Below, piece by piece: positions 57,582 to 60,694 of a stretch of 60,694 nucleotides of DNA. Within the stretch, counting starts at the first letter, position 1, and each line of letters starts with the position of its first letter. The notes under the pieces were generated by a model that made no database searches, was not told the origin of the DNA, and worked only from the letters and a program-made list of their open reading frames with translations. Both the position numbers and the translations under genes were made by a program. This DNA is from Thermoplasmata archaeon. GTDB taxonomy: Archaea; Thermoplasmatota; Thermoplasmata; Thermoplasmatales; Thermoplasmataceae. The DNA lies in contig JAKAQT010000001.1 in assembly GCA_021819605.1 (NCBI GenBank), forward strand, positions 1 through 60,694, given 5' to 3'.

Positions 57582-58691
57582 TCAAGCTTGGTAATGGCCT
57601 ATCACTCTGTACAGGTTATCTCTCTCTACAGCTTCCATCCCAATCTGGTTCAACCCGTTTATTATGGCATCCTTCCTGAGGTTGCCCACCTGCTTTCCGG
57701 TGGCAGGAATTACCTTCTCATCGTATATGGTGCCGCCCCAGTCATTTGCCCCGAAGAGTACTGACATCTGCCCCATCTGGATTCCATTGGTCAGCCATGA
57801 ACTCTGAATTGTTGGGATGGAATTATTCAGGACAATTCTGGATATTGCTATATTGCGAAGGACGTCTGCGCCGCCGACCCGGTACATCACTGTGCCCGAC
57901 TTCTGAAGCTGGGTATTGCCCGGTTCAAAGTTCCACGGAGTGAAGCTCAAGAATCCGTTGTATTTGCTCTGAAGATCAACAAGAGCAAGCAGATGATCCG
58001 CTTTGTGGCGTGATTCCTCAACATGCCCAAACATCATGGTGGCAGAGCTGTGGACGCCAAGCCTGTGAGCAGTTTCCATCACTTCAAGCCACTGCTTCCC
58101 GCTTCCTTTTGGCCTGCCGAGAACCTTCCTGACCTCATCGTCAAATATTTCGGCACCTGCGCCAGGTATTGATTGCATGCCAGCTTCCACAAGTGATTTT
58201 ATGATATCTGCTACACTTGTATGCTCCTTTCTGGCAATAAACGAAATCTCTGACGTGGAAAGTCCATGAATCCCCAGATCCGGATAAGCTTCATGAATTG
58301 AGCGGAAAAGATCGGTATAGTATTCAAGGGGAAGGGCAGGATTCACTCCTCCCTGTATCAGCAACTGTGTGATATGGAAGTTCCTGTAGTATGGCTCAAT
58401 TTCCGTTATGACCTGTTCCTTTGTGAGAAGGAAAGCATCAGATTCCGTGCCCGTTCTGTAAAATGCACAGAAATTGCATCTGACATTGCATATGTTGGTG
58501 TAATTCAGTATCATGTTGGATACGAACGAAACGGTATTTCCTGATTTCTCCTGTGCAAGGATTCTGGCAGCCTGGCCCAGAGAGTTGAGGTCTGCTTCAT
58601 CATACATGAAAATAATATCGTCCCTGGTGGGTATCTCACCACTCTGTACGCTTCTCAGAATATCATCAACCTGGTCAGGCTGTTTGAGCAT
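57582..58691 (-). CDS. Radical SAM enzyme of the MqnC/MqnE/CofH clade (futalosine-pathway menaquinone biosynthesis likely)
   Basis: 369 aa with the CxxxCxxC cluster in NYTNICNVRCNFCAFYR. Its length and TIM-barrel layout are typical of MqnC/MqnE. I cannot tell MqnC from MqnE by eye. Confidence 0.75.
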   Translation of the reverse strand: MLKQPDQVDDILRSVQSGEIPTRDDIIFMYDEADLNSLGQAARILAQEKSGNTVSFVSNMILNYTNICNVRCNFCAFYRTGTESDAFLLTKEQVITEIEPYYRNFHITQLLIQGGVNPALPLEYYTDLFRSIHEAYPDLGIHGLSTSEISFIARKEHTSVADIIKSLVEAGMQSIPGAGAEIFDDEVRKVLGRPKGSGKQWLEVMETAHRLGVHSSATMMFGHVEESRHKADHLLALVDLQSKYNGFLSFTPWNFEPGNTQLQKSGTVMYRVGGADVLRNIAISRIVLNNSIPTIQSSWLTNGIQMGQMSVLFGANDWGGTIYDEKVIPATGKQVGNLRKDAIINGLNQIGMEAVERDNLYRVIGHYQA

Positions 58692-58980
58692 AGTCCTTTA
58701 TTGATAATGACTATTAATCCTTTGGCAAATTGTTCCGGTTGCTGTAAGGATAGAGCCCCAATGGATTCTGCTATGTCAGGGTCATTAACTCTGCTGGGTA
58801 CACAAAATCACCGTTAAACCAGGATCAAGCAGGATGATGCATGGTTCTGAGCAGTTTTATGCCTTCTGTAGTCTGGTGAATAATTGCGCAGTGCATGCTG
58901 CAACGGAAGAGAATCAATACCAGAGGGCGTGAAAATGAATCCACTAGAAATGGTTAATTACAATCAGGTAATTTTGAACA

Positions 58981-60096
58981 ATGGAAGGTTTTTCCCAGTA
59001 TCCTCTGGATTACTGGACAGAGCAGATTAGGGCTGGCTACCCCCTTTCCTTCAAGGAAGGAGTTGCCATGGAGAAGGACTTGAATCTTTACCAGCTTATG
59101 AAACTGGCAAACAATCTCACGTCTGTGCAGGTTGGCAATGTGGTCTCATATGCCGTATCATATAATATAAACTATTCAAATTACTGTACCGCGAGCTGTC
59201 CCATATGCGCATTTTATGTTCCAATGAAAATGAAGGGTAAGACAGACAGAGGGTACGAGCTGTCACTGGATCAGATAAGGTCTGAGCTGGGCAAGGCAAA
59301 GGCCGCCGGTGCCACGGAAATCCACATAGTGGGTGGATTCAACAGTGATCTTCCCGTGGAATACTACGAGGAAGTTTTCAGAACAGTCAAGAGGGAGATC
59401 CCCGATATAACTCTCAAGGCGCTTACGATTCCCGAGATTGATTTCATAGCCCGCACAACCGGAAACAGCCTTACCGAGATACTGAGCAGATTCAGGGCCG
59501 CAGGGATGGATGCACATACCGGTGGTGGAGCGGAGATATTTGACGCAGAAGTAAGGAAGCAGATCACAACACCACAGAAAATATCCGGCGAGAAATGGCT
59601 GGAGGATGCAAAGATAATACACAGCATGGGAATACCCGGCAATTCAACAATGACATACGGCCACCTGGAGAAGATCGAGCACATCATAGATCACATAATA
59701 AGGATCAGGGATAACCAGCGTGAAGTGCCAGGATTTCTCTCCTTCATCCCGTTGAAGTTCAGCCCTGACAATACACCTCTCCAGAAAAGTGGAAGGGTCA
59801 GGATGCCAGCATCAGGAGAGACGGACCTGAAGGTCATAGCTCTTGCCAGGATACTTGCGGGGCAGGATATACCTAACATAAGCGTTTACTGGGTCTCACT
59901 GGGCAAGGGAATAGCGCAGGTCGCACTCACTGGAGGCGGCAGTGATCTTGTTGGCACAGCATTCAGCGAGAAGATATTCGGGGCTACAGACCGGAAAGAG
60001 GGTACAAGCGTTGAGGAACTGAATGAACTTGTCAGGCAGATTGGAAAGATACCAGCCCAGAGAGACACATTCTACAGGATAAAAAATTATTTTTAG
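58981..60096 (+). CDS. Second radical SAM enzyme of the MqnC/MqnE/CofH clade
   Basis: 371 aa with the cluster motif NYSNYCTASCPICAFY. It is a paralogue of the divergent neighbour, with colinear similarity (for example HIVGGFN / LIQGGVN and MTYGHLE / MMFGHVE). Confidence 0.75.
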   Translation: MEGFSQYPLDYWTEQIRAGYPLSFKEGVAMEKDLNLYQLMKLANNLTSVQVGNVVSYAVSYNINYSNYCTASCPICAFYVPMKMKGKTDRGYELSLDQIRSELGKAKAAGATEIHIVGGFNSDLPVEYYEEVFRTVKREIPDITLKALTIPEIDFIARTTGNSLTEILSRFRAAGMDAHTGGGAEIFDAEVRKQITTPQKISGEKWLEDAKIIHSMGIPGNSTMTYGHLEKIEHIIDHIIRIRDNQREVPGFLSFIPLKFSPDNTPLQKSGRVRMPASGETDLKVIALARILAGQDIPNISVYWVSLGKGIAQVALTGGGSDLVGTAFSEKIFGATDRKEGTSVEELNELVRQIGKIPAQRDTFYRIKNYF

Positions 60097-60108
60097 AATC
60101 CCCCGGAT

Positions 60109-60282
60109 TCAAGGATGCTGCTCTCCCGAGAGTCTGAGGAGAACCCCATGAGCATGGGCCCATGCAGGCACGTTCTCAAGGGCCATAGCTATACCATGGT
60201 GGTAACCTGCCGCAATGGCTGTACCGGCCACAACAGCGCTTCCTGCCGTTAGTACAATTTTTGCCGCAAGTGCGCTCATCAT
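60109..60282 (-). CDS. Possible 57-aa Ala/Gly-rich small membrane protein
   Basis: It is below the ORF-track cutoff. Hand translation gives MMSALAAKIVLTAGSAVVAGTAIAAGYHHGIAMALENVPAWAHAHGVLLRLSGEQHP. It has one hydrophobic helix and I recognise no homology. Confidence 0.2.
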   Translation of the reverse strand: MMSALAAKIVLTAGSAVVAGTAIAAGYHHGIAMALENVPAWAHAHGVLLRLSGEQHP

Positions 60283-60694
60283 TAGATTATGAATTTGATT
60301 GGGCTTTAAAGTATTCTGGTACAGATCTGCAGTTTCGCCCGACTGCTTTTCAGAATTGTGATGACTGTTACATTTTTGACATTGAGTACGATTACCATAT
60401 GAGCAGAATGATTGGACTAATAAATTTCACACATAGCTGTCCGCTTCACAGGGCTTATCCGGAACCTGCTGAAATGGCCACGGATTCGCCCCGTGAAATA
60501 ATCTCCTCCATCCTTGGCGGTAGCATCTCCTGCGGAATGGTGTCACTGCTGGAATATTTCAGCCACAGGGATGTTCTTGAACTTGAGAATTCTGCAGTTA
60601 TTTCATCCAGGGGGCCGGTGATCTCAACATTGCTTGTATCCCGAGGGTCCCTTCCACATAACGGAATGGAGATAGGAGTCACGCGGGCTCACAG

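Noticed and set aside
60350-60430. Perfect C-box-like GTGATGA (60358-60364), suggesting a C/D-box sRNA
   Set aside because: No CTGA D box lies at the expected distance of about 45-60 nt, there are no convincing D'/C' boxes, and there is no terminal stem on either strand.
60455-60682. 75-aa GTG-initiated minus-strand ORF at the right edge
   Set aside because: An in-frame stop codon lies immediately upstream, so it is not the tail of a larger gene. It has a non-ATG start, no recognisable motifs, and no obvious promoter geometry. There is too little support to call a CDS.
1-60694. CRISPR arrays, IS elements, transposases, integrases, toxin-antitoxin pairs and known defence genes
   Set aside because: I saw no regularly spaced direct repeats and no ORF with transposase, integrase, Cas or restriction-enzyme-like motifs. 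The window reads as conserved core genome.

Overview
Densely packed (about 90% coding) archaeal chromosomal segment. It carries hallmark archaeal information-processing genes: RadA, family-B DNA polymerase, TBP, Pelota, ABCE1, archaeosine tRNA-guanine transglycosylase, tRNA-splicing endonuclease, TruD, ribosomal protein uS2, HisRS and Sua5. These are interleaved with core metabolism: archaeal GAPDH, PurE/PurK, GlyA, HemA/HemL, CbiA, FolP, GMP synthase subunit B and geranylgeranyl reductase. There is also a quinone-linked respiratory set: cytochrome bd CydAB, a PoxB-like pyruvate oxidase, UbiX and two MqnC/MqnE-type radical-SAM genes. My best guess for origin is Thermoplasmata (Thermoplasmatales-like). 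That rests on the tricorn-interacting-factor-type M1 aminopeptidase, cytochrome bd, the futalosine-type genes, a surface protein saturated with N-glycosylation sequons, and TATA boxes about 25 nt upstream of start codons (leaderless-type geometry). This is inference, not a database hit. There is one tRNA (Glu-UUC). I found no rRNA, CRISPR array, transposase, integrase or recognisable defence island, so this reads as a core region rather than an accessory island. The novelty candidates are unusual domain architectures and very tight operon couplings: (1) a 4xCBS protein with a C-terminal HPF/RaiA-like module inside a glyA-CBS-tldD-pmbA operon; (2) a 1257-aa hyper-sequon surface protein with tandem Ig-like modules and a basic winged-helix-like tail; (3) a MoxR-type AAA / VWA-DUF2201-like / orphan 137-aa operon with a degenerate HExxH; (4) a ubiX / Mut7-C nuclease / pelota operon with overlapping stop and start codons; (5) a PPAT-YjjX(DUF84) fusion; (6) FolP with an unexplained N-terminal extension of about 105 aa; (7) a degenerate Ras-like GTPase overlapping endA. 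All functional calls come from my reading of the translated ORFs and motifs recalled from memory. No searches were run.
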